A stretch of 64,000 nt of DNA from a virus. Under the pieces are notes generated by a model. It worked only from the letters and a program-made list of their open reading frames with translations, did no database searches and was not told the origin of the DNA. Positions within the stretch are counted from its first letter, which is position 1. Each line of letters begins with the position of its first letter. Both the position numbers and the translations under genes were made by a program. Location of the stretch: IMG/VR virus record IMGVR_UViG_3300025864_000001, positions 14,469 through 78,468 of that record, one strand, 5' to 3'. Positions 38,001 to 48,264 of this stretch are shown piece by piece.

Positions 38001-41000
38001 TGTTTGCGCAAATCATCCTCAAACTTGCCTACATCTTCACGTAACTGTTTGGATTCCTCAAAAGTGATATCCCCCTTATCAAGAGCATCTAATACCTGAT
38101 CTACTTCGGTGTATGTCTTGTCTTTGAACTTAATTCCTTGTGTTGGCGATGTTTCTATCTTAGGTGCTTTTAATCCTGCACTTTCGAGAACTGCATCTGC
38201 ATCCGCTTGTGTTATTCTACCTTCTTCTACGAATTTCTTTAGATAGCCTCTGTCAAGTTCTCTCTGGTACTGAACCCTTAAATTTTCCTTGGTTGCTTCC
38301 GTAACTTGCTTCTCCCCAAATCTCTCTTTCAACCTTTCGTTAAAAGTAAGCATAGACTCTTCTTTGGGATTGCCTAATAAATCTTTTGATATATCTTGTA
38401 CTATTTCCGGTTTTGTGTTAAAATAACTATTACCGAGTTCTTCATATCCAAGTTCCTTCTCAATCTGAAGTATTTTATCTTTCGTTTTCTGATTCGGACT
38501 CTTTTCGTATGATTCAAGTAGTCTTTGGTAATGATCAACCTTTGCGCCTCTGGATTGTAGTTCTGCAATTTTCCCCCCAACTCCTGCAATCAGTTTACCT
38601 TGCGTTGTATTTTTGAGTTCTTCAATATTCGGCTTCACCTCTTTCGCATAATACATGTCCTTCAGAAGTTTCTCCGCACTCTTTTCAAGTTGTCCTCTGC
38701 CATCCATCAGTTTTGTCCCTGACATGTCAAGGAACTTATATGTGCCTTTTTTGGTGTTCATAACTACTTTCACCACGGGTTTACCGTCTTTGTTCTGCAA
38801 CCAAAAACCTTCTGGATTCTTTACTGCACTCCATCCGTATTTTGATACTGCATCATTGAGAGTGGTGCTTACTTTTTCTCCGGTGGCTGTGATAGGTTTT
38901 ATTTGTGCTTCAATTCTTGATATTGCTTCTTTTAGGTCAGCGATATTTTGTTTCCGCAACTGATTCTCCCCTATGCCACCCTTTTCCCAATCTGCTCCCT
39001 TTTCTTCAATACTGAGATTTGTTTTTAATTTATCTAATAGATCAGTTGGGTTTTCTCCCTGTTTCACCTTATCATTAAAACTATTTAGAGTGTTTACAAC
39101 TATCTTTTCTATTGGGGTAATGGGTAATTCAGAACCTTTTTTATCAATAACAGACTTGGTGTATTGCGTCCATTCTTCGGGAGTGTATTCTGATTTATTT
39201 TTTAATATCCCATCTGTGCGTCTTGCAAATTTTATTTCTTCGGGTTTTGTGATAGGTTTTGCTTCACCTTCTGTAACAACTGGTTCCTTACCTGCCTCTG
39301 TGCCTCCTGAAACGATATTTTCTTCTCCTTTGCTAATTGGAGGATTTGCTGTGTCAATTGGTTTTTCATCTATGATGGGTTTTACTTCTTCTGGCTTTCC
39401 AGTTTCTTTTGGTCCATTTTCTCCCGCAGGAGTCTCAATTCTTCCAGATACGATGTCCCCTTTGCCTTTGCCTTCAATAACAGGAGGCTGTGCAACCCTT
39501 TCGCTAAATTCGATTTTTTCTCCATTGTTTGATAGTATTTCGTTTAACTTTTTAATCTGTTCCGGTTTTAAATCAAATAACCAGTTATTGACAAAAAATT
39601 CAGGATCGGTTTTTATCTTATCCTTTATATAATCCCAATCGAACTCGCCACTGCCTAACTCAGTCTGGAAGGCTTTTATGGCATCCTCTACGTCCTTGTC
39701 TCCCTCTGCTGCCTTTACGAGATCAGTAAATTCTCCGGTGCTTTTGACTATTTCCAGGTCATCATCCATGTCTCTCTTTGCTCTTTCTTCGGGACTGAGA
39801 ACTTCTTTATCCTGCCAGTCAATCTCTTTATGACGTTCCTTGAACTTCTGAATTATAGTCCCTTTATTTAGTTTGCCGTCAACTTTAAGTGCGTCAATAG
39901 CCTTGAGAATGTCATCTGGTGTTATCTCTCCACCATTTTTTCTACCATATTCTTCTGCTAATCTCTCATGCAACACATCAAATGCCACACCCTTCTCTTT
40001 ATTAAGGTAGAAACTCAACCCTCCACCTACAATATCCTTATTACCATAGTTTGAATGCCTGAGAAAATCAGCCCTACTTAAAGTGCCTCCACTTAAAAGA
40101 AACTGAGCCATAGAATCCGTAAAATCACTCGGGGTTGCATTGACTATCTTTCCCGACTCACTATTTGGGGATATTTTAACAGTTCTTTTCGGCTTACTTG
40201 ACTTCTCAAGTGCTGCCTGAGCTCTGTCTACTTCTGCCTGTTGTTTTTTAGTGAGTTTTTTAGGCTCAACAATAGGTTCTTCTGTCTTGGCTTTTGGCTT
40301 ATCCGGTGCGGGTTCTATTGGCTTCTCTGGCTTATTGAACGACCACGTTTTATCAGGTAACTGTACTGCCTCCCCTGCCTCAACAAGTTTCTCCCATGCC
40401 TTTTGCATATCGGATGAGTTCTTACCTTCAACATCAGACATCAATACCTTTCCTTCTTTTAATGCCTCTTTATTCAAGAGTATCATTGCATCCCTTCCTG
40501 CTCCACGAGTATCTTTATCCGGTCTGGCTGCCTCAATCCATTTGATTCTCCATCCATCGGGGGTGTCCTCAATAGTGGCTTTTCCTACTTGTTCTTTGCC
40601 CTTTAAAATAGGTATATTGAATGAACTCTCGGATTTGATCTTTAAGATGTTTTTTTCTGACTGAGTTACAATATCCCGTTCTCCGATTGATACTTTATCC
40701 GTACCCTTTTCTTTTGCTTTCTCTTTCGGTATCATTGAATAGTAGTCACCAACCATCTTACTTTCTTCGGGTGTGCGTTCCTTAACTGGCTTATCAACGG
40801 CCATTAACAACTTATCAACATCAGTTCCCTTAGATTTTAAGTCAGAGATAATCTTAACCCTGTCAACATCCGGTTCTGCGGAACGTCTTTGCATCTTATT
40901 GTCTTCCAACTGCAAACCCATTTCAAGAGATGCCTGATCTGCCTCTTGCTTTGATGCGTACTTCCTCTTATCAACTAATACGCCCTCTTTGTTATAGATA

Positions 41001-42955
41001 TCCACAAACTCCTCATTTGGGACGACTTTTTCAGCATTGATATTGACATCCTGTATCGCAACTCCTCTTGCTCCCCAGAGTAGTTTCTGCTTTAGTAATG
41101 CAGGCACTTTATCTGAATTTAAAATATCAGCAAGTACTTTATCATCTTTCGATGCGATATCCATTACTGATTTATAGTCTTTTCCTCCCATGGCATCAAC
41201 CTCCCATGGTTCAATATCGACTTCAAATTGTCCCTGTCCGGGTTTCTTTGGGTCGTATTGCAATGACCGATATAGATTAGTCAGGGTTTCTTTAGGTTTT
41301 GTAACTGCCTCTGGAATATTCCCTGCTACATTTGATACTTTCAATAGTCCGAGTAATGCCACTGTTTCGAGAAACTCTTTGCCTGTGACTTCATTTGGCG
41401 CACGTCCGTCCAATAATGCGCCTCCATAGGTGAATAATGCACTCTCGGCAGTTAATCCTCCGGTTGCAACACCAACCTTAGTTCCTATTCTTGCTGCCGC
41501 ATTTGGTATTGCAGATGCCTTAGATGCTATCGCTGCACTTCCAAGTCCTAATCCTCCGACACCAACTCCAAGAGCAAAGTTTTTTACCCCTTTTTTAAGT
41601 GACTGCCCCCATTTAATATCATCAAAGTTTGCATCCGGTACTGCCCATTGATTTAATGCGTCTGATACTGAGGTATATGAACCAAGTGCTACACCTGATG
41701 ATGTCATTCCTGCAATGCTCTGAGATACCTTTGTAGCTGCATTTAGAGTGAGCTTTTTTGCAAGGGTTTCCTCTATGCCTGCTTTCATAAGTTTCTCAAC
41801 ACCTTTAGCCATTACCCTATCCACAATAGGCTTTGCTGCAACCTTGCCTATCTCTGCACCTACCTTGCCCATGCCACCAAAGAAAGGCATATCAATCATA
41901 AACCCAAGTGCGGTGGCTGTGGCATCGGTAAGCGTCCCTGCATCATATTTAGCCAACCATTCGGGAGATGTAAGTTCGCTTCCCGTCATAATCTTATTCG
42001 CTAATCCTATAAGGGACTGACTGTATGCTTTCCCAAAGAGATACTGTGCTTTTGTAGGAGTCGTTATCGCCTCAGTCAGTTTTGTTCTTTCTTGCTGTAA
42101 TTTCAGTTTCTCATCTTCTTCGGGGGTTGATGCAAATTTAAAATCTGTACCTGCACCGACATCCCCTGTCTGCATCTGTGCCTTCGGAAGTTCCTTTAAC
42201 TTAGTATCAATCTCGCTTATTCTTTTTTCGGCTTCCGCCTTGTATTCCCTATCAGTTATTCTCTTTCCAGATACATAAGCAGCAACGGTCCCGCTTAATG
42301 TTTCAAGTTCGGGTCCTTTAAACTCTGGTGATTTTAATGATAAATTAGGGGTGTCAAATTGATGCGTTTTTGGACGAGTTCTTAATGTACTTTCTTCATC
42401 AACATATAACTCATTGCCCATTTGTTCTTCGCCTTGCAATGTTTTTTCAAAAGTGGGATGATCAGGAGATTTTAATACTTTCCCATTTAAACCTATTGAA
42501 CCAAAATGAAAATCAGGGTCTGATTTTAAATAATCCCCCATTGAAGGTTTTAATGTTCCGCTTTGCTTTTCAGCCTCGTAAAATCCACGAAAATCATATA
42601 AATCATTCTCTGGTTCTCCTGCTGTCCATTTTTCAAAATTAACTTCATCTGATGGGCTTAATGTTGTTTTATTTAGTTTTGGACGTTGACTTACCTCTTT
42701 TGAAATATTGCCAAACATCTCTGAAAAAACTTCTTTGCTTGGCAGTCCATAGTCTGCCGGAGATTCTTTTTTTTTTACATAACCCTCATAGGTCTTGTAA
42801 TCACCAAGGTCTAATTCGCTACCTGCCTGATCGAAAATAGCTTTACGAAACTTCTCATCAGTACCTATCTGCTTTTCAAAATCAGCCTGTGTTCCTAATT
42901 CAAGTTTAGAACTAAGTTGGTCATATAATGCCTTGGTGTATTTAGGATCTTCCAT
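35096..42955 (-). CDS. large polyvalent internal virion / ejection protein with a GNAT-like domain
   Basis: 2619 aa after two ejection-like genes; Gly/Ala-rich hydrophobic segments; RGAGRDAM..SD..S.DMQKAWEKL GNAT-like block. Confidence 0.7.
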   Translation of the reverse strand: MEDPKYTKALYDQLSSKLELGTQADFEKQIGTDEKFRKAIFDQAGSELDLGDYKTYEGYVKKKESPADYGLPSKEVFSEMFGNISKEVSQRPKLNKTTLSPSDEVNFEKWTAGEPENDLYDFRGFYEAEKQSGTLKPSMGDYLKSDPDFHFGSIGLNGKVLKSPDHPTFEKTLQGEEQMGNELYVDEESTLRTRPKTHQFDTPNLSLKSPEFKGPELETLSGTVAAYVSGKRITDREYKAEAEKRISEIDTKLKELPKAQMQTGDVGAGTDFKFASTPEEDEKLKLQQERTKLTEAITTPTKAQYLFGKAYSQSLIGLANKIMTGSELTSPEWLAKYDAGTLTDATATALGFMIDMPFFGGMGKVGAEIGKVAAKPIVDRVMAKGVEKLMKAGIEETLAKKLTLNAATKVSQSIAGMTSSGVALGSYTSVSDALNQWAVPDANFDDIKWGQSLKKGVKNFALGVGVGGLGLGSAAIASKASAIPNAAARIGTKVGVATGGLTAESALFTYGGALLDGRAPNEVTGKEFLETVALLGLLKVSNVAGNIPEAVTKPKETLTNLYRSLQYDPKKPGQGQFEVDIEPWEVDAMGGKDYKSVMDIASKDDKVLADILNSDKVPALLKQKLLWGARGVAIQDVNINAEKVVPNEEFVDIYNKEGVLVDKRKYASKQEADQASLEMGLQLEDNKMQRRSAEPDVDRVKIISDLKSKGTDVDKLLMAVDKPVKERTPEESKMVGDYYSMIPKEKAKEKGTDKVSIGERDIVTQSEKNILKIKSESSFNIPILKGKEQVGKATIEDTPDGWRIKWIEAARPDKDTRGAGRDAMILLNKEALKEGKVLMSDVEGKNSSDMQKAWEKLVEAGEAVQLPDKTWSFNKPEKPIEPAPDKPKAKTEEPIVEPKKLTKKQQAEVDRAQAALEKSSKPKRTVKISPNSESGKIVNATPSDFTDSMAQFLLSGGTLSRADFLRHSNYGNKDIVGGGLSFYLNKEKGVAFDVLHERLAEEYGRKNGGEITPDDILKAIDALKVDGKLNKGTIIQKFKERHKEIDWQDKEVLSPEERAKRDMDDDLEIVKSTGEFTDLVKAAEGDKDVEDAIKAFQTELGSGEFDWDYIKDKIKTDPEFFVNNWLFDLKPEQIKKLNEILSNNGEKIEFSERVAQPPVIEGKGKGDIVSGRIETPAGENGPKETGKPEEVKPIIDEKPIDTANPPISKGEENIVSGGTEAGKEPVVTEGEAKPITKPEEIKFARRTDGILKNKSEYTPEEWTQYTKSVIDKKGSELPITPIEKIVVNTLNSFNDKVKQGENPTDLLDKLKTNLSIEEKGADWEKGGIGENQLRKQNIADLKEAISRIEAQIKPITATGEKVSTTLNDAVSKYGWSAVKNPEGFWLQNKDGKPVVKVVMNTKKGTYKFLDMSGTKLMDGRGQLEKSAEKLLKDMYYAKEVKPNIEELKNTTQGKLIAGVGGKIAELQSRGAKVDHYQRLLESYEKSPNQKTKDKILQIEKELGYEELGNSYFNTKPEIVQDISKDLLGNPKEESMLTFNERLKERFGEKQVTEATKENLRVQYQRELDRGYLKKFVEEGRITQADADAVLESAGLKAPKIETSPTQGIKFKDKTYTEVDQVLDALDKGDITFEESKQLREDVGKFEDDLRKQATNNSTNMDKKMGNHTKDAEDEMLKTFGKKKGGNGKVAIRFLPPDPIPLMNTVLYKQLVKVRDALNNRIANVLQAGMKSQMDLLRWPSKAITNFWGGLGRTQADIHGKGGKPGKLAFTGTVKSFAPYEAKELRGKWLDIVHSDPESLRRVLDVLDPDPEFAIEKLSYGDLSLAEKNLYFKMRDWNTWVHETNYANGFLDTETYLKNKDVTGDSKYIARMYDKYEGETLLDPAIQEFINRGNSAITTKMMTDMFKAREESTEWKKEHAIRDPTYLTAKRVMQTIQNVAIKGYMDLVIQEHPDFVLSLKKGEAVPKGYTKLGSSYSWGPFRNKAVINHVVEDFTGFYYSNAVANDLYNAFKKVDRSNVNQFYKKLRTVYNPMVQLGNVTGNIFFASANGINPVSFLGKFPEAIKLYHKSPEVYKALLKTGLIGDVAFTGEMKPLAIIKSKEGGKLSKADELATKAYVGADNIAKISAYLVFREQGMSHDASVRRAYDAFQNYSTVGKTWDFTSKIPLIGPTFAKFQADLQRILVNNITTTPLTLIGTLMLIKMGGILASTLSGETEEERKVREGRKGVAKIPLVNIPLSFKVGKSEVNVARYLSPLYNYNYADAGTQLSEVSKFLPIQLSKVNRPILGETSNLPAFADATWGWIGSVAFDRDYRGISIQNPNASAYHNANITTDERILNVMTYIARSQVPFFKGAQDMYDGIRGNLDYYGRKRDWKQTILNNVIKIQEFDKPELKVYVERNIDYLTNRYTALAQRMGDANSDFLKTIKNAEEKGLSAEALARAYTVADKKRSGQLQKSMDEQVPVMQELERLTKVYAGWYPKDESIGTNFQHLESGKNQRFNVLNDVDLQKKYPAEYSILKKNDLLNKPVIPSYWQGVQLSEEDRKTYSNVYWSEYLRNLNSMGLTIQEEMDEAKKSITNIIESTTRPVPEKTTTLQEMAADAASSARDIANESIRSKK

Positions 42956-42957
42956 GA

Positions 42958-44289
42958 TTATTCAAATTTACCTGTTTTGGGATTATATGCCTTTTTCTTT
43001 GCGGTGGCTGCCTCTGCCGGAAGAATATCCTTTAATGTCTTTTTCTTTCCGTCAACCATTACCGGAAGGTCGTCTGCCTTGGCAAGGTTTTTACGAGGTA
43101 TTGAAATGGTGGTGTTGTTTTTTATCCACGGATAACGTGCGTCCTGAGACACCTTAAACACAACTGAATCAGTATTCGGATCGTAGAAAAGCACATTACC
43201 CTCTACTGGACCTCCTGCCTCTGGAATAGGTTTCCACTCTGTTTCCGTTGAATATTTTCCTCCTGCAGGCGGTATGAAAAATGGCTTATTGGAAGAAATA
43301 TCATATCTGTCATTAAAGTTTATGCCTCCATACACAAGATCATTTGTCTGGTGTTCTCCCGGAGTTATTTTTGCTTGCGCACCAAGGAAAGTAAAAGGAA
43401 CTCCTCCACTACCACTGGACGTTGCTGCCTTCTGACTGAATTTCTCTTTATATGCGGGTCTGGCTATTGCGAGAAAACGATCTTCATCAGTAAACCCTAC
43501 TGGCTCATTGCCCTTGTTTAACTCGCCTTGCTGTTTGATATAGTTCTTAACCTCGGTAGGTGCGTACTTATATTGAGCACGTAAATCTTTGTATATTTGC
43601 TCTTCTGTTTTAGAATCGGACACCTCAGATGTATATGTCTGAAGTACCCCATCAGCATCAGGACTTTGCCATGTCTTAACCGGAAGTTTTGTGATACGGT
43701 CTTTAATGGAACTGATGAATTTCTGCACGTCCCCAATCTGTGGATTCAACACCAATGCGTTATTCAGGATCTCATCCCTCTCCTCAATAGTCTTACCCTT
43801 CAGTGCCAATGATAAGTTCGCTTGGGTCTTTTCCCTGTTTACCGTCTGATCTTCTGGATTCTTTACTTCATCCGCTTTTAATAAGGCATAGATGGCATCT
43901 GTTTTGACTTTCTGATTATTACGGATATCGGCCAACTCTTTGGTCTTTGCAATATAGTCCGATGCTGCCTTATAAGCGGTGACATCTTCTTTTGTTGTAG
44001 GGCTGAATATATTTACCCCCTTACCTGAGAGTTCTGTGACAAAATTCTTAGACTGCTGCAGACGTTCATTGATCTGGTCAAATCCTCCTTTGTCATTCCA
44101 TCCATCCAACTTAACTTTTAACTGATCCAATCCAATAGCAACATTTCTTTTGATTTCTTCCTGACGCTGCATTCCCCTCTGATATTTAATCATGGTCTGA
44201 CGTCTCGTAAACTCAATAGGATCATGGGATGAATCGCCAAGATAAGGTGCTGCTTGCATTGCGGGGTCTATATTGCCTTTATTTGCCAT
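42958..44289 (-). CDS. putative ejection/cargo protein
   Basis: 443 aa, helical, between the pilot-like gene and the giant protein. Confidence 0.6.
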   Translation of the reverse strand: MANKGNIDPAMQAAPYLGDSSHDPIEFTRRQTMIKYQRGMQRQEEIKRNVAIGLDQLKVKLDGWNDKGGFDQINERLQQSKNFVTELSGKGVNIFSPTTKEDVTAYKAASDYIAKTKELADIRNNQKVKTDAIYALLKADEVKNPEDQTVNREKTQANLSLALKGKTIEERDEILNNALVLNPQIGDVQKFISSIKDRITKLPVKTWQSPDADGVLQTYTSEVSDSKTEEQIYKDLRAQYKYAPTEVKNYIKQQGELNKGNEPVGFTDEDRFLAIARPAYKEKFSQKAATSSGSGGVPFTFLGAQAKITPGEHQTNDLVYGGINFNDRYDISSNKPFFIPPAGGKYSTETEWKPIPEAGGPVEGNVLFYDPNTDSVVFKVSQDARYPWIKNNTTISIPRKNLAKADDLPVMVDGKKKTLKDILPAEAATAKKKAYNPKTGKFE

Positions 44290-44294
44290 GGTGT

Positions 44295-45107
44295 TTAATT
44301 TTTACTACCACTATTAAGATACTTGCTGACTGCATTGGTAATATCATCCATACTGACATTTCCCGCAACTCCGCTATTTTTGCCCTTTCCCCATGCGAGT
44401 GAAGAATGAAAGTCATTGTTTTGATTCAGGGAACTGACATATTCTGCACCCGATCCAAGCACGTTCTTAACCCCTGAGTTAATATTCTTCAGTCCTGAGT
44501 CTCTTAACATCGCTGCTATCTGTGCTGCCTGCATATATGGTTGTGCTTTATTCCAATCCCATACACGGTTTTCTTCTCCGGCTTTTACTTCCAATGAGCG
44601 ACCATAGACATCCTTCTTTCCTGCGACATCCTGTGCTGTCATTTTTGCAAGGTCTCCAAATGAGTTTTGTTCCCTGCCAACCATTTCACCAAGCATACCA
44701 TAAGCCTCTGAACCACTACCAAGTTCCGATGCAGTTTTCATGCCTGCTGCGGTTGCTCCTTTTATCTCATTGCGGTACATCTCACCACCGGGGATATCCT
44801 GATTAAGAGTCTGTCCATACGAGTAATTGACAAGTTTTTCAATACTCGGTGCTATCGTTGCCTCCGGACGTGGACTCTGATCTTCAATCTTCTGTGCCTT
44901 CTTTAATTGTGAAGCACCTGTGATACCTTGAAATATCGAAGGAATAAGATTAAGCACCTGAGCGATGATCTCACTTGTGCCTCCTGATGCTGCACCCATT
45001 CCTATACGTGCTGCTGTACCTACTGCTGAAGACATGGCATTTCCTCCACCTCCTCCCCATTGAGATACAGGCTTAAATAAATTGGCTTTTGGTAAAGTAT
45101 AGTCCAT
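44295..45107 (-). CDS. putative DNA pilot/ejection protein
   Basis: Gly/Ala-rich N-terminus, Gln/Ala helical body. Confidence 0.6.
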   Translation of the reverse strand: MDYTLPKANLFKPVSQWGGGGGNAMSSAVGTAARIGMGAASGGTSEIIAQVLNLIPSIFQGITGASQLKKAQKIEDQSPRPEATIAPSIEKLVNYSYGQTLNQDIPGGEMYRNEIKGATAAGMKTASELGSGSEAYGMLGEMVGREQNSFGDLAKMTAQDVAGKKDVYGRSLEVKAGEENRVWDWNKAQPYMQAAQIAAMLRDSGLKNINSGVKNVLGSGAEYVSSLNQNNDFHSSLAWGKGKNSGVAGNVSMDDITNAVSKYLNSGSKN

Positions 45108-45152
45108 GACTTTAAATATTAATCAATTTTGGGGTAATTAGGTTTTTAGTTT

Positions 45153-45449
45153 TCATACCCATTCTATTTTATTGTTTGTAATATAGTAATGTGCATGATA
45201 GGGGTTTTGTCCTTTCCAATTTCCTATTGAGGGGCGCAATGTAACAGTGCCATTTATGTTTTCAGTTAAATCCCAGCCGTCCTTCCATTCGGGTTTAAGA
45301 TCACAAACAGTTAATCCTCCGCAGCCACAGGCACATAAATGAGTGGCGAAGCCTCTTATTTTTGTAATGTATAACTTACCCTCTTCAAAATCCTTAAAAG
45401 CGGGGGTTTGTTCAACAAATACGGGTATTATTTCAGCTAATTTACTCAT
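45153..45449 (-). CDS. DUF6527-like zinc-binding protein
   Basis: HLCACGCG..W..VTLRPSIGN...HYYIT...IEW. Confidence 0.75.
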   Translation of the reverse strand: MSKLAEIIPVFVEQTPAFKDFEEGKLYITKIRGFATHLCACGCGGLTVCDLKPEWKDGWDLTENINGTVTLRPSIGNWKGQNPYHAHYYITNNKIEWV

Positions 45450-45452
45450 TTT

Positions 45453-48263
45453 TTAAATATTTCGTTCGCTTGGTGTTGAAAATATTACTATCGAATCAAT
45501 TCTTACTTTCTCATCGTGTTCCTCGGTGTTCAACTTCACAAAACAGTATCTTCCTCTCATTGCCCTTCCATTCATCTTTCTGTCATTAAGACTTATAAAA
45601 CTACCCTTTGAGTTTTCATCTTTAAGTACCTCTCCAAAGAACACCCCTTCTCTCCTGTCCCAAATCGGAACATTGCTTTCCATGATGTCATTGCCTCCCG
45701 ATGCTTCTGTGGGTATGTAAACATATTTGGGTAATGAGTTCATCTCGTGATCTGCAAACAGCGCAATCGCATTATAAACCTTATTCCTGACAGGTTCTAT
45801 GTTCGACACAACCTCTATCTCTGCATAAGTAGGCACTCCGACCCATGAAAGATAATCCTGTCCCTCATCAACATTCATTATCCAAACCCTTTGATGATAC
45901 AAATGTGCGAAGAAATTTCCTAAGTGGACGTATGATTCGGTTATTTGATTGATTCGCGATATGTACCGACCCTGCTTCTCACTGAAAATAACACCCCGTA
46001 CCTCGTCTCCCATCCTGAACGTCAACCATATCTCATCATGCTCATTATTAGCACCTGTGCGTGTCTCTAAGGTCTTACCGCCACCGTTTGCCTGTATCCA
46101 CTTAATAAGGTCTTTGAACCACCGCTTCATCTTAATATCCAAGACTATCTGACCATTGGGTGCTGACCGAATAAATTTACCCTGTGAGTGATCCCAATAA
46201 TAAAGATTCCTGCCATTGACCATGATACTATCGGGGTGCTGACATCCATAATCCGATTCCATAGGTCGTTGTTCTGCAAGGAACTTATCTGTAAGGGTGA
46301 ACTGCTCCGTGCCATCAGGATTAAAAGTCTGTATGCGGTTGATGTAGATGCTCGTCTCTTTATACATCTGAATGACTTTCAGCGTGTATCCTACCTCCCT
46401 GAGTCCTGTAATATCACCGTTCCTCTTTGGTAAGTCCATAAAGTCATCAAAAGTAAAATGAGCGATGTTGTTTGTCCGCGTGCCGGTTATCAGGAATCCA
46501 CCGTGGCGTATTCTCTCATCCAACACCCTCTGTCTCTGACTGAGATCGTCAAGGAACGGAAATCCTATGGATGTTAGTCTATTTGTAACAATCTGGTCTC
46601 TCCACCAATCGCTCGGGAACATGCTCTCGGCCCAGAATGGTTGTATCTCGGTTGACTCAAACTTATAGTTTAGTCTATAATATTTCCAACTATCATTTGC
46701 AGTATTATTAACCTCGGCAGCAACAATACATACTCCATTTGCATCGAAGGACTGATCAACGTCTCCTTTATGATACCTATTGCCAAATACATCAGTTGCA
46801 ATATCAAATACCATCCCCGTGCCATAAGCAACCGTCTGAGACAGTCCTTTACGTGGTCGATAAACCTCTACAAGAATATTAGTTTCGTTGACAAATAGAT
46901 TAGGGCGGTGTGTAGCTTGAAAAATCAACCAATCACCACCAATAGGTTCTTCATCGTACTGAGTTCCTGTTGCTTCAATCTCATAATCATAAACGAACCC
47001 GCCACCAATGGCCTCTCCATAATATGTTGTCTGATTAATAATTCCCATAAGCCTTAACCGATCTCCTGCGAGCCAATCATAAGGGGGCACTCTCCACCTA
47101 TTATTTTGAGTCTGCGTCCATACAATAGTATCTGCAATATTTAATGAGAATCGGTTCACTGCGCCTGCAAGTGCGGTAATATTATTTGCCCTCATCTGCA
47201 AAAAATAATCCATAGAGACGTTACCAAAATAAACTATCTCATAAGACTCTGCCCATGAAGGAGGTTTATGATTAATCTTAAAGACCAGTTTTGCTATTGT
47301 CTCAAAAAGATTATTAGAATCTTCCGAATAGAAAGGTATATAAACTGTAAATATTGGTGTTTTAATTACGGAACAACACCTCCCTGCCCGATCTTTATAT
47401 ACTATTCCAAAAGCATGAGTAGCACCACATTTAAGAATCGGAAAAGTTACTGTATTGCCATAAGAGAGAATGTATGCGGCAAAATAAAAATCTTTAAATA
47501 CTGTGGTTACGTCTCCCGCTTCAAGTGTCGGTGTTTGCTTAAATAGTCTGTATCTTGTGTATATCCATATAGAATGCCCATCTGCGGAAACACCTACATA
47601 TTCAAATCCTCTTGCATTAAGATCGACAATAAGTCCTCCTACAACTGTTGTATAAATATCTCCGGGTGCTGCTGTATATGATGCGGTCATATTGGCAATA
47701 CCCTCCGAGTCATTCTCTACAGTGATATTATAAGATGATCCTTCTACAATTATATCAGGAATTGTCACTACGGCAACACCTACTATCTTACGAAAGGTCA
47801 TCTCCCCTACCCTACCTAACTGATACCAATAAAGATTAGCAGGGTCACCAACACCACTTGATTCAGGTATCTGCCCTATTGGAGAAGTTGCTATACAGGC
47901 ATAGTAATACGCATTATAAGTAACTACATCGCCTTTATAATACTGAGTAAAATCATTCCATACGGGTGCTACTGAATTTGCTATTGTTGTGCCAATTTGA
48001 TGAAACGTCAATGCAAGATCAGTTCTCGGAGACCGTAACGACACATTCTCATAAGAGAGTTCAACCTCTATATTCGCCTCAACAACATCATAACCCTCGG
48101 TGATCTTACCAAACACCACGGCATTGCCTCCTACAAGTTCCATGTGACCTGCTACAATAGGCACATAGGTAAATGGCTCTGCGATACTGCTTGCAGGAAT
48201 GATCTCCTTTACCCTGTCATTGTAAAAGGCTACGTCAATATCCGTGTTGTGAGAACCAATCAT
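45453..48263 (-). CDS. tail muzzle/stabilisation protein, C-terminal part (CBM5/12-like insert)
   Basis: FYND, FGIVYKDRAGR, KPPSWAESY, GDITGL, DYGCQHPDS, RREG.F, GRAMRGRY motifs of crAss-type stabilisation proteins. Confidence 0.8.
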   Translation of the reverse strand: MIGSHNTDIDVAFYNDRVKEIIPASSIAEPFTYVPIVAGHMELVGGNAVVFGKITEGYDVVEANIEVELSYENVSLRSPRTDLALTFHQIGTTIANSVAPVWNDFTQYYKGDVVTYNAYYYACIATSPIGQIPESSGVGDPANLYWYQLGRVGEMTFRKIVGVAVVTIPDIIVEGSSYNITVENDSEGIANMTASYTAAPGDIYTTVVGGLIVDLNARGFEYVGVSADGHSIWIYTRYRLFKQTPTLEAGDVTTVFKDFYFAAYILSYGNTVTFPILKCGATHAFGIVYKDRAGRCCSVIKTPIFTVYIPFYSEDSNNLFETIAKLVFKINHKPPSWAESYEIVYFGNVSMDYFLQMRANNITALAGAVNRFSLNIADTIVWTQTQNNRWRVPPYDWLAGDRLRLMGIINQTTYYGEAIGGGFVYDYEIEATGTQYDEEPIGGDWLIFQATHRPNLFVNETNILVEVYRPRKGLSQTVAYGTGMVFDIATDVFGNRYHKGDVDQSFDANGVCIVAAEVNNTANDSWKYYRLNYKFESTEIQPFWAESMFPSDWWRDQIVTNRLTSIGFPFLDDLSQRQRVLDERIRHGGFLITGTRTNNIAHFTFDDFMDLPKRNGDITGLREVGYTLKVIQMYKETSIYINRIQTFNPDGTEQFTLTDKFLAEQRPMESDYGCQHPDSIMVNGRNLYYWDHSQGKFIRSAPNGQIVLDIKMKRWFKDLIKWIQANGGGKTLETRTGANNEHDEIWLTFRMGDEVRGVIFSEKQGRYISRINQITESYVHLGNFFAHLYHQRVWIMNVDEGQDYLSWVGVPTYAEIEVVSNIEPVRNKVYNAIALFADHEMNSLPKYVYIPTEASGGNDIMESNVPIWDRREGVFFGEVLKDENSKGSFISLNDRKMNGRAMRGRYCFVKLNTEEHDEKVRIDSIVIFSTPSERNI

Positions 48264-48264
48264 T

